Assembly (NCBI GenBank): GCA_963778655.1
Contig: CAVZVA010000002.1
Location: 576,001-640,000, forward strand
Direction of reading: 5' to 3'
DNA length: 64,000 nucleotides
Source: an uncultured delta proteobacterium
GTDB taxonomy: Bacteria > Myxococcota_A > Polyangia > Polyangiales > JAFGIB01
The translations under genes were made by a program, and so were the position numbers. The notes below the pieces were generated by a model. That model was not told the origin of the DNA, made no database searches, and saw nothing but the letters and a program-made list of their open reading frames with translations. Positions 20,367-31,650 of the stretch are shown here, piece by piece; position 1 is the stretch's first letter, and every line of letters begins with the position of its first letter.

Positions 20367-22484
20367 ATGTCGAAGCGCTCGGTATGGATGTCAGTCGCCG
20401 TATGGCTGGTATTGGCCGGATGTGGAAAGGGGACGCCGGCGCCTCAGCCCACTGGAATCCTGCCGGGTCCGCCGCCTGATGGCGTCGGTTTCACCGGCGC
20501 CAATATTGGCGCGCCCGCGCCCGGCTTTCCCAACCAGCTCGGTCCGATCGTGCACTCGGAGGTGCCGCCGGCGCCGATCAACGGCGGCACGCTGCTCGTG
20601 GCCAAGGACGGCACCACCGTGGTGGCCGCCGATCCCGATCGCGATCGGATCTCGATCGTGGATCTCGGCAGCCAGCAGGTGATGGCCACGGTGCCGCTAC
20701 AGAGCGGCGACGAGCCCGGGCGCATGGTCGAAGACGCAGCACGGCGCGTGCACGTGGTGCTGCGCAGCAAGGGAGAGCTGGCCACGATCCAGCTGGACGA
20801 TCCCGGCCAGGTCGAGCGCCGGGCGGTGTGCCCGGTGCCGCAAGGCATCGCCTATGACCCGAAGGCGGACTCCCTCTACGTGGCCTGCACCAGCGGCGAG
20901 CTGGTGACCTTGCCAGCCGCGGGCGGTCCGCCCTCGCGCAGCGTGCACGTGGACATCGATCTGCGCGACGTGCTGGTCTCCGGCGACCGCCTGTTCGTGA
21001 CCCGCTTCAAGAGCGCCGAGCTGCTGGAGCTCGACGCCACCGGCGCGGTCATCTCTCGCCGGCGGCCGGGCGAGGTGACCGGACCGTTCCTGTCGAACCT
21101 GGCCGCGCCAGTCTCGCCCGAGGCCAAGGTCTTCCAGCCCGCAGTGGCCTGGCGCACCGTGCTGGGTCCCGACGGCAGCGTCACCATGCTGCACCAGCGC
21201 GACCAAGTCACCCCGATTGCGCTGAGCGTGGCGAGCCCGGACGGCGGCGTGCCCGAAGCGCCCGACGGAGGCACCAGCGCGGGCGGCGCTGCCGGCGTCG
21301 GTGCCGGCGGAGCCGCGGGCACAGGCGCGTCGTCGCCGGCGAGCTGCACCCCCGACGGCGGGTGTGTCGTTGCGGTCGTCCCGCCGCCGATGCCCGGCGC
21401 TGGCGGCGACAGCGCCTACGGCTCGTCCGACCCGTTTTCGTGCGACTCGATCGTGCATACCAGCGTGACGCGGATGGCCGACGACAGCGTGGAGGACGGG
21501 CCGGTGCTGCCCGGCGTGACCCTGGCCGTGGACGCCGCGATCTCGCCCGACGGAGCCACGCTCGCGCTGGCCGTGGCCGGGAGCTTCAACTCACTGGGGC
21601 TGAAGCTCCCGCCGCCGGGAGCCGTGGTGCTGCCGATGCAGGCGACCTTCGCCGTGGGGAGCAGCACGACGTGCCCGGTGCCGGGCCTGGAGATGCCGGG
21701 CAGCGGAGTGGTGGCCGCCGGGCAGGTAGTCGCGGTCGCCTTCGACGGCATGGGCCGGCTGGTGATGCAGACCCGGGACCCGAACCAGATCCTGGTGATC
21801 GCGCACCCGCAGTCCTCGGTCGGCGGCAGCACCTGGGATATGACCGTCGACCTCGGCGGCGCGCCCCGGCGCGACACCGGCCACGACCTGTTTCACACCA
21901 ACGCCGGCGCGGGGTTGGCGTGCGCGTCGTGCCACCCTGGTGGCGGAGACGACGGCCGGGCCTGGGACTTCGCCGAGCTCGGGCCGCGCAGGACGCAGCT
22001 CTTCAACATGGGCATCCGCGACACCCTGCCGTTGCACTGGGACGGCGAGCTGGCCACGTTCGACTCGCTGATCCAGGAGGTGTTCGAGCGCCGCATGGGC
22101 GGGCCCCAGCTGCCTCCGGCGCAGATCCAGGCGATGTCGGACTGGATCGACTCGCTGCACCCGAACGCGCCGATGCTGGCCGTCGACGACCCGTCGGTTG
22201 CGCGCGGGCGCGCGCTGTTCGAATCCAGCGAAGTCGGCTGCAGCGGCTGCCACAATGGCGCCAAGCTCACCGACAACGCCAGCGTGGACGTGGGCACGGG
22301 AGGGAAGTTCCAGGTGCCCTCGCTGATCGGGGTGGCCTACCATCAGCCCTACCTGCACACCGGCTGCGCGCAGACCCTGCGCCAGCGCTTCGACCCCGCC
22401 TGCGGCGGCAGCGCGCACGGCAACACCGCCGGGCTGAGCGAAGATCAAATCGGCGACCTGGTGGCCTACCTGCAATCGCTGTAA
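20367..22484 (+). CDS. Lipoprotein with beta-propeller and di-heme cytochrome c (bCcP/MauG superfamily) domain
   Basis: Lipobox LAGC; YVTN-like blades; two CxxCH motifs (CASCH, CSGCH); LHWDG; FQVPSL...PYLHTG; DLVAYLQSL. Confidence 0.8.
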   Translation: MSKRSVWMSVAVWLVLAGCGKGTPAPQPTGILPGPPPDGVGFTGANIGAPAPGFPNQLGPIVHSEVPPAPINGGTLLVAKDGTTVVAADPDRDRISIVDLGSQQVMATVPLQSGDEPGRMVEDAARRVHVVLRSKGELATIQLDDPGQVERRAVCPVPQGIAYDPKADSLYVACTSGELVTLPAAGGPPSRSVHVDIDLRDVLVSGDRLFVTRFKSAELLELDATGAVISRRRPGEVTGPFLSNLAAPVSPEAKVFQPAVAWRTVLGPDGSVTMLHQRDQVTPIALSVASPDGGVPEAPDGGTSAGGAAGVGAGGAAGTGASSPASCTPDGGCVVAVVPPPMPGAGGDSAYGSSDPFSCDSIVHTSVTRMADDSVEDGPVLPGVTLAVDAAISPDGATLALAVAGSFNSLGLKLPPPGAVVLPMQATFAVGSSTTCPVPGLEMPGSGVVAAGQVVAVAFDGMGRLVMQTRDPNQILVIAHPQSSVGGSTWDMTVDLGGAPRRDTGHDLFHTNAGAGLACASCHPGGGDDGRAWDFAELGPRRTQLFNMGIRDTLPLHWDGELATFDSLIQEVFERRMGGPQLPPAQIQAMSDWIDSLHPNAPMLAVDDPSVARGRALFESSEVGCSGCHNGAKLTDNASVDVGTGGKFQVPSLIGVAYHQPYLHTGCAQTLRQRFDPACGGSAHGNTAGLSEDQIGDLVAYLQSL

Positions 22485-22502
22485 CGAACCGCGAGCTGGC
22501 CC

Positions 22503-22568
22503 CAGGAAACGGGAAGGCGGGAAGATCGAACGCTGGCTCGGAGCTTCTTCCCCCCTCTCGTCTTGCTG
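22503..22568. repeat. REPIN-like inverted repeat, copy 2 (degenerate)
   Basis: CAGGAAACGGGAAGGCGGGAAGA...TCTTCCCCCCTCTCGTCTTGCTG; the arms resemble those of 10061-10130. Confidence 0.6.
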
Positions 22569-22658
22569 TAATTCCTGACGACGGCCTGCGGGCGCGCTGG
22601 CGGCTCAGGCCCCCGCCTTGACCGTCCGGCGGGCCCGGCTCACGGTTGGCCGCCGGCC

Positions 22659-24053
22659 ATGCCGCGACGCCCGCCCACCATCCATTTCGTCTCGCTCGGC
22701 TGCCCCAAGAATCGGGTAGACACCGAGGTCATGCTCGGCGTCAGCGACCAGCGCGGCTACCGCCTGGTCGACGACCCGCGCAAGGCGGAGGTCATCGTGG
22801 TCAACACCTGCGGCTTCGTCGAGGCGGCCAAGCAGGAGTCGATCGAGACCATCCTGGCGCTGTCGGACATGAAGCAGCAGGGCGTGTGCAAGCGCCTGGT
22901 GGTGTCGGGCTGTCTGTCGCAGCGCTATCCAGAAGAGCTGGCGCGCGACCTCACCGAGGTGGACCACTTCCTGGGCTCCAGCGACATGCTGGCGCTCGGG
23001 CGCATCCTGCGCGAAGGCACGGCCGCCCCCCGCATGTTGGTCGGCAACCCGGCCGACTACGTGTTCAGGCTGGGCGACCCACGGCGGCTGTCGCAGCGCC
23101 GCCACAGCGCCTACGTCAAGATCTCCGAGGGCTGCTCGCGCAAGTGCGGCTTCTGCGCGATCCCGAGCTTCCGCGGCAAGCAGCGCTCGCGCCCGATCGC
23201 GGACGTGGTCGGCGAGGTCGAGCGCCTCACCGCCCAGGGGACGGTCGAGATCAACCTGATCAGCCAGGATACGGTGGCCTACGGCCGCGACCTGGATGGC
23301 GATGCCGACCTGGGGCGCCTGGTCGAAGCCCTGCTCGAGCTGAGCTCGCTGCACTGGCTGCGGCTGTTCTACCTGTACCCGGACGCGCTCTCCGAGCGGC
23401 TGCTCGCGCTGTTCGCCGGCGGGGGCAAGCTGGTGCCCTACGTCGACATGCCGTTCCAACACGCGACCGACCGCATGCTCAAGCACATGCGGCGCGGCTA
23501 CGGCGCGGCGCGCCAGCGCGCGCTGGTCGAGCGCCTGCGCGCGCGCATCCCCGGCCTGTGCATGCGCACGGCGTTCATCGTCGGGCACCCGGGCGAGACC
23601 GAGCAGGACTTCGAGGCGTTGTGCGATTTCGTGCGCTGGGGACGCTTCGACCACGTCGGCGTGTTCCGCTATTCCCACGAGGACGGCACCCACAGCGGCA
23701 GCCTCGGCCAGCAGGTGGACGCGCGCACCGTCGAGCGCCGCGCCGCGCGGCTGATGGAGCTGCAGCGGGCGATCAGCCGCGACAAGCTCGCCGAGCGAGT
23801 CGGCAGCGAGCTCCAGGTGCTGGTCGAGGGCGTGAGCGAGGAGAGCGAGCTGCTGCTGCAGGGACGCCACGCCGGCCAGGCACCCGAGGTCGACGGCGTG
23901 GTGCTGCTGACCGACGGCACGGCGCGACCCGGCGAGCTGCGACGCGCCCGTGTCACCCAGGCAGCCGACTACGATCTGGTGGCCACGCTGCTGCCGGAGG
24001 CCGGCGCCCTGCCCCGAGGCCGGAGGCGCGCCCGGCTGCCCGTGGTCGGCTGA
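22659..24053 (+). CDS. rimO: Ribosomal protein S12 methylthiotransferase RimO
   Basis: SLGCPKNRVD, NTCGF, radical-SAM CSRKCGFC, C-terminal TRAM domain with APEVDG. Confidence 0.95.
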   Translation: MPRRPPTIHFVSLGCPKNRVDTEVMLGVSDQRGYRLVDDPRKAEVIVVNTCGFVEAAKQESIETILALSDMKQQGVCKRLVVSGCLSQRYPEELARDLTEVDHFLGSSDMLALGRILREGTAAPRMLVGNPADYVFRLGDPRRLSQRRHSAYVKISEGCSRKCGFCAIPSFRGKQRSRPIADVVGEVERLTAQGTVEINLISQDTVAYGRDLDGDADLGRLVEALLELSSLHWLRLFYLYPDALSERLLALFAGGGKLVPYVDMPFQHATDRMLKHMRRGYGAARQRALVERLRARIPGLCMRTAFIVGHPGETEQDFEALCDFVRWGRFDHVGVFRYSHEDGTHSGSLGQQVDARTVERRAARLMELQRAISRDKLAERVGSELQVLVEGVSEESELLLQGRHAGQAPEVDGVVLLTDGTARPGELRRARVTQAADYDLVATLLPEAGALPRGRRRARLPVVG

Positions 24054-24069
24054 TTGCTAGCCCACCGAG

Positions 24070-25305
24070 TCAGGCAACCACAGCTTCCGCGCCGAGCTCC
24101 TCGCCCGATTGCACGCGGTAGGTCTTGCCGAAGCGATCGAGCAGCTCGAGCGCCTTGTCCATGTCCTGTCGGCTGTGCCCGCGGGTGACGTTGAGGCGCA
24201 GGCGCTCCTCGCCCGGCTTGACGCTGGGGTAGGTCAGCGGGGCCATCATCACGCCGTTCTCCAGCAGCGACACATGCATGAACAGCGCCTTCCGAATGTC
24301 GCGACACATCACCGGCATGATGTGGGTGTCGCTCTTGCCGAGGTCGAAGCCGAGCTCGGTCAAGCTCTTGCGCATGTAGGCAGCCTTCTCGTGCAGCTCC
24401 TCGACCAGCGCCGGCCCGTCTTCCTCGAGAATATCGAGGATGGCCGCGGCCGTGGCCACCACCGGAACCGGCAGCGAGGCGCTGAAGCAGAACGAGCGCG
24501 CGTTGTGCTTCACGAAGTCCACCACGTCGGCGCTCCCGAGCAGGATCCCGCCGATGCCGCCGAAGGTCTTCGAGAAGGTGCTGATCACGATCGGCACCCG
24601 CCCCTGCATGCCGCTGGCCTCGACCAGACCGGTGCCGCGCGCTCCCAGCGTACCGGTGCCGTGCGCGTCGTCGCACAGCAGGACCGCGCCGTAGCGCTCG
24701 CACACCTCCACGAACTCCGGCAGCGGAGCGCGGTCGCCGTCCAGCGAGTAGATGCCCTCCATCAAGACCAGCGCGTTGGGGCGCTCCTTGGTCTTGAGGC
24801 AGCGCTCCAGCGAGCGCACCGAGTTGTGGTTGAAGTAGCGCACCTCGGGGGCCTGGCCCGGCACGCCCGCGGCCAGGAAGGTCCCGTCGAGGATGCAGGC
24901 GTGCGAGAGATTGTCCAGGATGAGCGCGGTGTCGCGGTCGGCCAGCGCCTGAATCGTCCCCACCATCGCCTGGTACCCGGTGGTGAAAAGCAAGCACTGA
25001 GGAAAGCCGTACCAGCGCGCCAGCCGTTGCTCGAGCTCGACGTGGGCCACCGTCGTGGCCTGGGCGCGCGACGAGCTCAGCCCGCAAGCGTAGCGATCGA
25101 CCGCGTGCTTGGCCGCCTCGATCGCCTTGGGATGGTTGGTCAGCCCCAGGTAGTCGTTGGAGCTGAAGTTGACGATCGGCTTGCCGGCGATGCGCGTGTG
25201 CAGGCCGCCGCTCTCGAACGGCCTGTAATATGGATAGAGGTTGAGCTTCTGAACCTCCCGCACCAGCGAGAGCCCCGCCTCGGCCTTGTCGTCGATCCAG
25301 CTCAT
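24070..25305 (-). CDS. PLP-dependent alpha-oxoamine synthase (serine palmitoyltransferase / AONS family)
   Basis: SSNDYLGL, SHAC, FNHN, EGIYSLDGD, DDAHG, TFSKT (PLP lysine), RLRL. Confidence 0.85.
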   Translation of the reverse strand: MSWIDDKAEAGLSLVREVQKLNLYPYYRPFESGGLHTRIAGKPIVNFSSNDYLGLTNHPKAIEAAKHAVDRYACGLSSSRAQATTVAHVELEQRLARWYGFPQCLLFTTGYQAMVGTIQALADRDTALILDNLSHACILDGTFLAAGVPGQAPEVRYFNHNSVRSLERCLKTKERPNALVLMEGIYSLDGDRAPLPEFVEVCERYGAVLLCDDAHGTGTLGARGTGLVEASGMQGRVPIVISTFSKTFGGIGGILLGSADVVDFVKHNARSFCFSASLPVPVVATAAAILDILEEDGPALVEELHEKAAYMRKSLTELGFDLGKSDTHIMPVMCRDIRKALFMHVSLLENGVMMAPLTYPSVKPGEERLRLNVTRGHSRQDMDKALELLDRFGKTYRVQSGEELGAEAVVA

Positions 25306-25421
25306 CGCAGCTCCTGTTGCGAACGTTCGCTCGGCCGCCGATATAGCCAACCGGCTCCCGCCGCGCAAGTTGCCGGGGCCTCTAGCTGCTGGCCGAACGG
25401 CCTAATTTCATTGATCAATTC

Positions 25422-26330
25422 CTAGCCGGAGGGGATCGCCGGGTCGGCCAGAAACCCGCGCACTACCTGCAAGAAGCGCTCGAGTTGATCGTGGTGGACC
25501 CAGTGGCCCGCCTTCTCGATGCGCTCGACGCGGGCGTTGCGGAAATGCTGCATGCGGCCGTCGGTACGCGGATCGCCTGCCCAGCCGTCCGCGCCCAGCA
25601 CCAGCAACGTGGGGCAGGTGATCTTGGTCCAGAGCTCATACATTTCGTCGGCATTGAAAAAATAGGGCGAGCTCGCGCGCACGTAGTTGTCGAACTTCCA
25701 GCTGTAGGTGCCGTCCTCGTTTTGATTGGCGCCGTGGATGGTCAGATGCCGCGCCTGCTCGGGCGTCAGCCGCGGGTTGGCTTCGTGCATGCGCTGCACG
25801 GCCTCGTCGATCGACGCGTAGCCGCGCGGCTGGCGCGCCGCGAGCCCCCGCAGCTGCTCGACCCACTGGCGCATGCGCACCTGCGGCGAGGTCGCGGCCC
25901 GCCGCTTGAGCATCGCAGGCGGCGGACCCACCCCCTCGACCGAGATCAACTTGCCGACGCTCTCTGGATAGACACCCGCGTACTGCAAGCTGACGTGCCC
26001 ACCCATCGAGTGCCCCATCACGGTCAGAGGGGCGAGGCCGCGCTGATGGATGAGCTGCGCAATGTCGAAAACGTAGTCCACCATCCCGTAGTTGCCGCCG
26101 ACCATCCACTGGGAGTCGCCGTGCCCTCGCAGGTCGGGTGCGATGATGTGGTAGTCGTCGCGAAGCGCCTCGGCCACCCAGTCCCAGTTGCGGCAGTGGT
26201 CGCGGCCGCCGTGGATCAGCAGCAGCGGCGGCGCCTGCTCGTTGCCCCAGTCGACGTAGTGCAGCCGCAGGCGCTGCGAGAAGTAGCTGTGGGACGCGGG
26301 GCCGGACCGCGCCGGATGGGTGGCGTGCAC
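25422..26330 (-). CDS. Alpha/beta hydrolase
   Basis: HGG oxyanion loop, DLRGHGDS, GHSMGG nucleophile elbow, AGHWVHHD. Confidence 0.92.
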   Translation of the reverse strand: MHATHPARSGPASHSYFSQRLRLHYVDWGNEQAPPLLLIHGGRDHCRNWDWVAEALRDDYHIIAPDLRGHGDSQWMVGGNYGMVDYVFDIAQLIHQRGLAPLTVMGHSMGGHVSLQYAGVYPESVGKLISVEGVGPPPAMLKRRAATSPQVRMRQWVEQLRGLAARQPRGYASIDEAVQRMHEANPRLTPEQARHLTIHGANQNEDGTYSWKFDNYVRASSPYFFNADEMYELWTKITCPTLLVLGADGWAGDPRTDGRMQHFRNARVERIEKAGHWVHHDQLERFLQVVRGFLADPAIPSG

Positions 26331-26337
26331 GGTGGGC

Positions 26338-27651
26338 TCAGTACCGGTAGTAGTCCGGCTTGTAGGGTCCCTCGATCGGCACCCCCAAGTAGTTAGCCTG
26401 CTCCTGCGTCAAGCGGTCGAGCTTGACCCCGAGCTTGCCCAGGTGCAGGCGCGCGACCTTTTCGTCGAGCTGCTTGGGCAACATGTAGACCTTGCCCTTC
26501 TCGTACTTGCCGGCCTCGGTGAAGAGCGCGATCTGCGCCAGCACCTGGTTCGTGAACGAGGCGCTCATCACGAAGCTGGGATGTCCGGTGGCGCAGCCGA
26601 GGTTCACCAGCCGGCCGCGGGCCAGGACGATCAGGCGCTTGCCGTCCGGAAAAATGAAGTGGTCGACCTGGTCCTTGATCTTCTCCTCCCGGATTTCCGG
26701 ATTCGACTCCAGCCAGGCCATGTCGATCTCGCAGTCGAAGTGCCCGATGTTGCAGACGATTGCCTCGTTCTTCATGGCCAGCATGTGCGAGGGCCGGATG
26801 ATGCCGTGGCAGCCGGTCGCGGTCACGAAGATGTCTCCGAGCGGCGCGGCCTCGTCCATGGTCAGGACCTGGTAGCCCTCCATCGCCGCCTGCAGCGCGC
26901 AGATCGGGTCGATTTCGGTGACGATCACGCGCGCGCCGAGCCCACGCAGCGACTGCGCGCAGCCCTTGCCGACGTCCCCATAGCCGGCCACGACCGCGAT
27001 CTTGCCCGCGAACATCACGTCCGTAGCGCGTTTGATTCCGTCTCCCAAGGACTCGCGGCAGCCGTAGAGATTGTCGAACTTGCTCTTGGTGACAGAGTCA
27101 TTGACGTTCATGGCCGGACACAACAGCCGTCCTTCCTTCGCCATCTTCTGCAGCGCCTTGATCCCGGTCGTGGTCTCCTCCGAGAGCCCGCGGATCGGAT
27201 CGCTCCCCTGGAAGAACTGGGGATACTTCTGGTGCACGACTGCGGTCAGGTCGCCACCGTCGTCCAGCAGCATGTTGGGCGGCTTGCCGCCGGCGAACTG
27301 CTCCAGCTGGCGATCGATGCACCAGGAGTATTCCTGCTCGGTCTCGCCCTTCCAGGCGAACACGGGCACACCCGACTTGGCGATGGCGGCCGCGGCGTGG
27401 TCCTGGGTCGAGAAGATGTTGCAGCTGGTCCAGGTCACCTCGGCACCCAGCTCGCGTAGGGTCTCGATCAGGACCGCGGTCTGGATGGTCATGTGCAGGC
27501 AGCCGGCGATCCGGGCGCCCGCCAGGGGCTTCTTGCCGGCGTATTCGGCGCGCAAAGCCATCAGCCCGGGCATCTCGGTCTCGGCGATCGCGATTTCCTT
27601 GCGGCCCCACTCGGCCTGGGAAAGGTCAGCCACCTTGAATCTCTCAGCCAT
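26338..27651 (-). CDS. ahcY: Adenosylhomocysteinase
   Basis: [43 protein letters not shown]-terminal [10 protein letters not shown]. Confidence 0.98.
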   Translation of the reverse strand: MAERFKVADLSQAEWGRKEIAIAETEMPGLMALRAEYAGKKPLAGARIAGCLHMTIQTAVLIETLRELGAEVTWTSCNIFSTQDHAAAAIAKSGVPVFAWKGETEQEYSWCIDRQLEQFAGGKPPNMLLDDGGDLTAVVHQKYPQFFQGSDPIRGLSEETTTGIKALQKMAKEGRLLCPAMNVNDSVTKSKFDNLYGCRESLGDGIKRATDVMFAGKIAVVAGYGDVGKGCAQSLRGLGARVIVTEIDPICALQAAMEGYQVLTMDEAAPLGDIFVTATGCHGIIRPSHMLAMKNEAIVCNIGHFDCEIDMAWLESNPEIREEKIKDQVDHFIFPDGKRLIVLARGRLVNLGCATGHPSFVMSASFTNQVLAQIALFTEAGKYEKGKVYMLPKQLDEKVARLHLGKLGVKLDRLTQEQANYLGVPIEGPYKPDYYRY

Positions 27652-28666
27652 GCTCGTTCTCCGTTGCGTTCGGGTTGCTCGAGACCGGCGCGCCGCGCTC
27701 GCGGCGGGCCGAAACGATTTGCCAGCCCAGGTGCCGATCCGGGCCGATGCCCCGGAAGGGCGCGGGAATGGTGCGGGCCTGGATGTCGGTCAGGCCCGCA
27801 GCGCGGGCGTATCGACCCAGCTCCTCGGCATCAAAGCCCAGCCATAGGTCCGCTTGCTCGTCGCGCATCGTATCATCGTCGTGGGGGGCATAATCCAGCA
27901 CCACGACCACGCCTCCGGTGCGGGCCAGCGCCGCCAGCCGGGTCATGGCCTCGGCCGGCTTGGGCGCGTGGTGAAGGATCCGCGACGCGAATACGGCGTC
28001 CGCCAGCCCGGCAGCGCGCACGCGCTCGTGCAGCGCCGCAGAAGACAGATCGCCCGAGAGCAGCTCCACGTTGTCGTAGCCGCGCAGGGCCGCGCGGTGT
28101 GCGGCGCGCTCGAGCTGGGCCGACTCCCGGTCCACGGCGATCACTTTCTCGAACACCGGAGCGAGTACCTCGAGCAATCGGCCCTCACCCGTACCAACAT
28201 CGATGGCAAGCCCTCGGTGCTCGATCAGCGGCGCCACGGCCATCAGGTAGGCGGCCAGCTCTTCGGGCACGCCGGGCTCGTCATGGTTGCGCGCCGGCCG
28301 GCCGAAGAACTCCCGAGTCGCAGCATCTCGACGTTTGATCAGCGCTGCGATGCGATCGAGCGTGCCCTCGCGTTCGCACAGCGTTCGACCGGCGCCGAGC
28401 GCATCGGTGACCACGGCGTCGGCCCGCACGGCATCCGCCAAGCGCACCAGCACGCGGGTGCCTTGCTTGCGCTCGGACAGCAGGTCGAGCTTGCGGAGCG
28501 TGGCCAGGTGCCGCGACACGTTGGGCTGGCTCTCGCCCACCAGCTCGGCCAGCTCGCCGATCGTGAGCTCTTCCTGGGCGCTCGCCGCGAGCAGCCGGAG
28601 ACGCACCGGCTCGGACAAAACCCGGTACAATTCCCAGCGGTTATCTGCCCAAGCCGGCTCCTGCAC
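27644..28666 (-). CDS. sahR: SahR-type ArsR HTH / SAM-binding methyltransferase-fold regulator
   Basis: N-terminal ArsR domain ([13 protein letters not shown]) plus DVGTGEG SAM motif and LHHAPKP/WLGF. Overlaps the ahcY start, the usual SahR context. Confidence 0.8.
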   Translation of the reverse strand: MQEPAWADNRWELYRVLSEPVRLRLLAASAQEELTIGELAELVGESQPNVSRHLATLRKLDLLSERKQGTRVLVRLADAVRADAVVTDALGAGRTLCEREGTLDRIAALIKRRDAATREFFGRPARNHDEPGVPEELAAYLMAVAPLIEHRGLAIDVGTGEGRLLEVLAPVFEKVIAVDRESAQLERAAHRAALRGYDNVELLSGDLSSAALHERVRAAGLADAVFASRILHHAPKPAEAMTRLAALARTGGVVVVLDYAPHDDDTMRDEQADLWLGFDAEELGRYARAAGLTDIQARTIPAPFRGIGPDRHLGWQIVSARRERGAPVSSNPNATENEHG

Positions 28667-28669
28667 CGG

Positions 28670-28725
28670 ACTTATATATAAGAAGATGCGAATCTATACA
28701 AGTATCTATAATAATACATTTTCGA
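28670..28725. promoter_or_regulatory. AT-rich divergent promoter region, possible SahR operator
   Basis: CTTATATATAAGAAGATGCGAATCTATACAAGTATCTATAATAATACATTTT, in a GC-rich window directly upstream of sahR. Confidence 0.45.
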
Positions 28726-28861
28726 ATGGGTCTTGTCACGGCTTATACGTGGGGCCGAAGCGCGCGGTTCGTCCCAACTGTAGGACTGGTACGCCCGGCT
28801 GTGCCGTGTACGCTCTGGGCCTACTTCGCCCCGCGGGGCCTGCAACCCAGGACGCAGCATC

Positions 28862-29539
28862 ATGTACCGAACGCGCTTCGTCTTCCTTGTCTTCGCTATC
28901 GCTTGTGCATCGTCAGTCAGTGTGGCGCGCTCGCAAGATGCAGAGCAGCAGCCAGCCCCGGAAGGGGATTCGGTCGCGCTTCTGCAGGCCGCGCTGCTCA
29001 GCCGTGTCTCGCTCGGCAACGACCGCAAGGGCCACCCCGTGTATGCGGCGCACTGTCGTCACGCGGCGGGCGGATGCGATCAGCGCCTCGCCGCGTTCGC
29101 GCGCTACCTGGTCGATGCGGGCGAGACCTTCGGGATCGACCCCTGGCTGATGGCCGCCATGGCGTTCAAAGAGAGCGGTCTCAATCCCTTTGCCCGCGGA
29201 GCCAAGGGAGAGCTCGGGATCTTGCAGATCCACCCCAAGCGGCGTGATGCCCGCCAGGTACGTTTCATCCGCGATGGGTGGTATCGGATGCGCTGCCACC
29301 GGGAGCCTGGCGCCTGCCAGCGCGAAGTCGTCCAGCATGCGGCCCAGGTGCTGGCGCGCTCGCTGAGCTTGTGCGGCGGGGACATGTCGGCTGCCCTGGG
29401 CGCGTACAACACCGGCCGCTGCGGCGGGAACCGCCGCTACTCCAGGAGCGTGTTAATGGAGCGCGGCGAGCTGCGCCGGATGGCAGGGCTCGATACCCAG
29501 CAGGCGGCGGCGCCCCAGGGTCACCCCAGCCGCTCCTGA
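28862..29539 (+). CDS. Secreted lytic transglycosylase (SLT domain)
   Basis: Signal peptide; KESGLNPFA (catalytic Glu), GILQI, AYNTG. Confidence 0.8.
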   Translation: MYRTRFVFLVFAIACASSVSVARSQDAEQQPAPEGDSVALLQAALLSRVSLGNDRKGHPVYAAHCRHAAGGCDQRLAAFARYLVDAGETFGIDPWLMAAMAFKESGLNPFARGAKGELGILQIHPKRRDARQVRFIRDGWYRMRCHREPGACQREVVQHAAQVLARSLSLCGGDMSAALGAYNTGRCGGNRRYSRSVLMERGELRRMAGLDTQQAAAPQGHPSRS

Positions 29540-29644
29540 GGCGATTCCCGCGGGCGAGCTCCCGTCCGGGCGCGGGTGCGCGTCGACCCTGGACGCTGCA
29601 CGGTACGTTCACCGAGCCGGCGGGCTCGCGTCGCGCGCGTTTCG

Positions 29645-31486
<1,842 letters not shown>

Positions 31487-31650
31487 GTGCTCGCTCCCTG
31501 GCCGCCGCGTTGGGTCCCACACCCGGCGCTCCGAGCAGCGATATTCCAGCAACCCCTGGTGGGGTCAAGCGGGACCGCGACTGCCGAGCAGCCTAGCGAT
31601 CCAAGTCCCTTTGCTGGACGGTGCGATCAAAACGCCCTACAACGCGCCGC

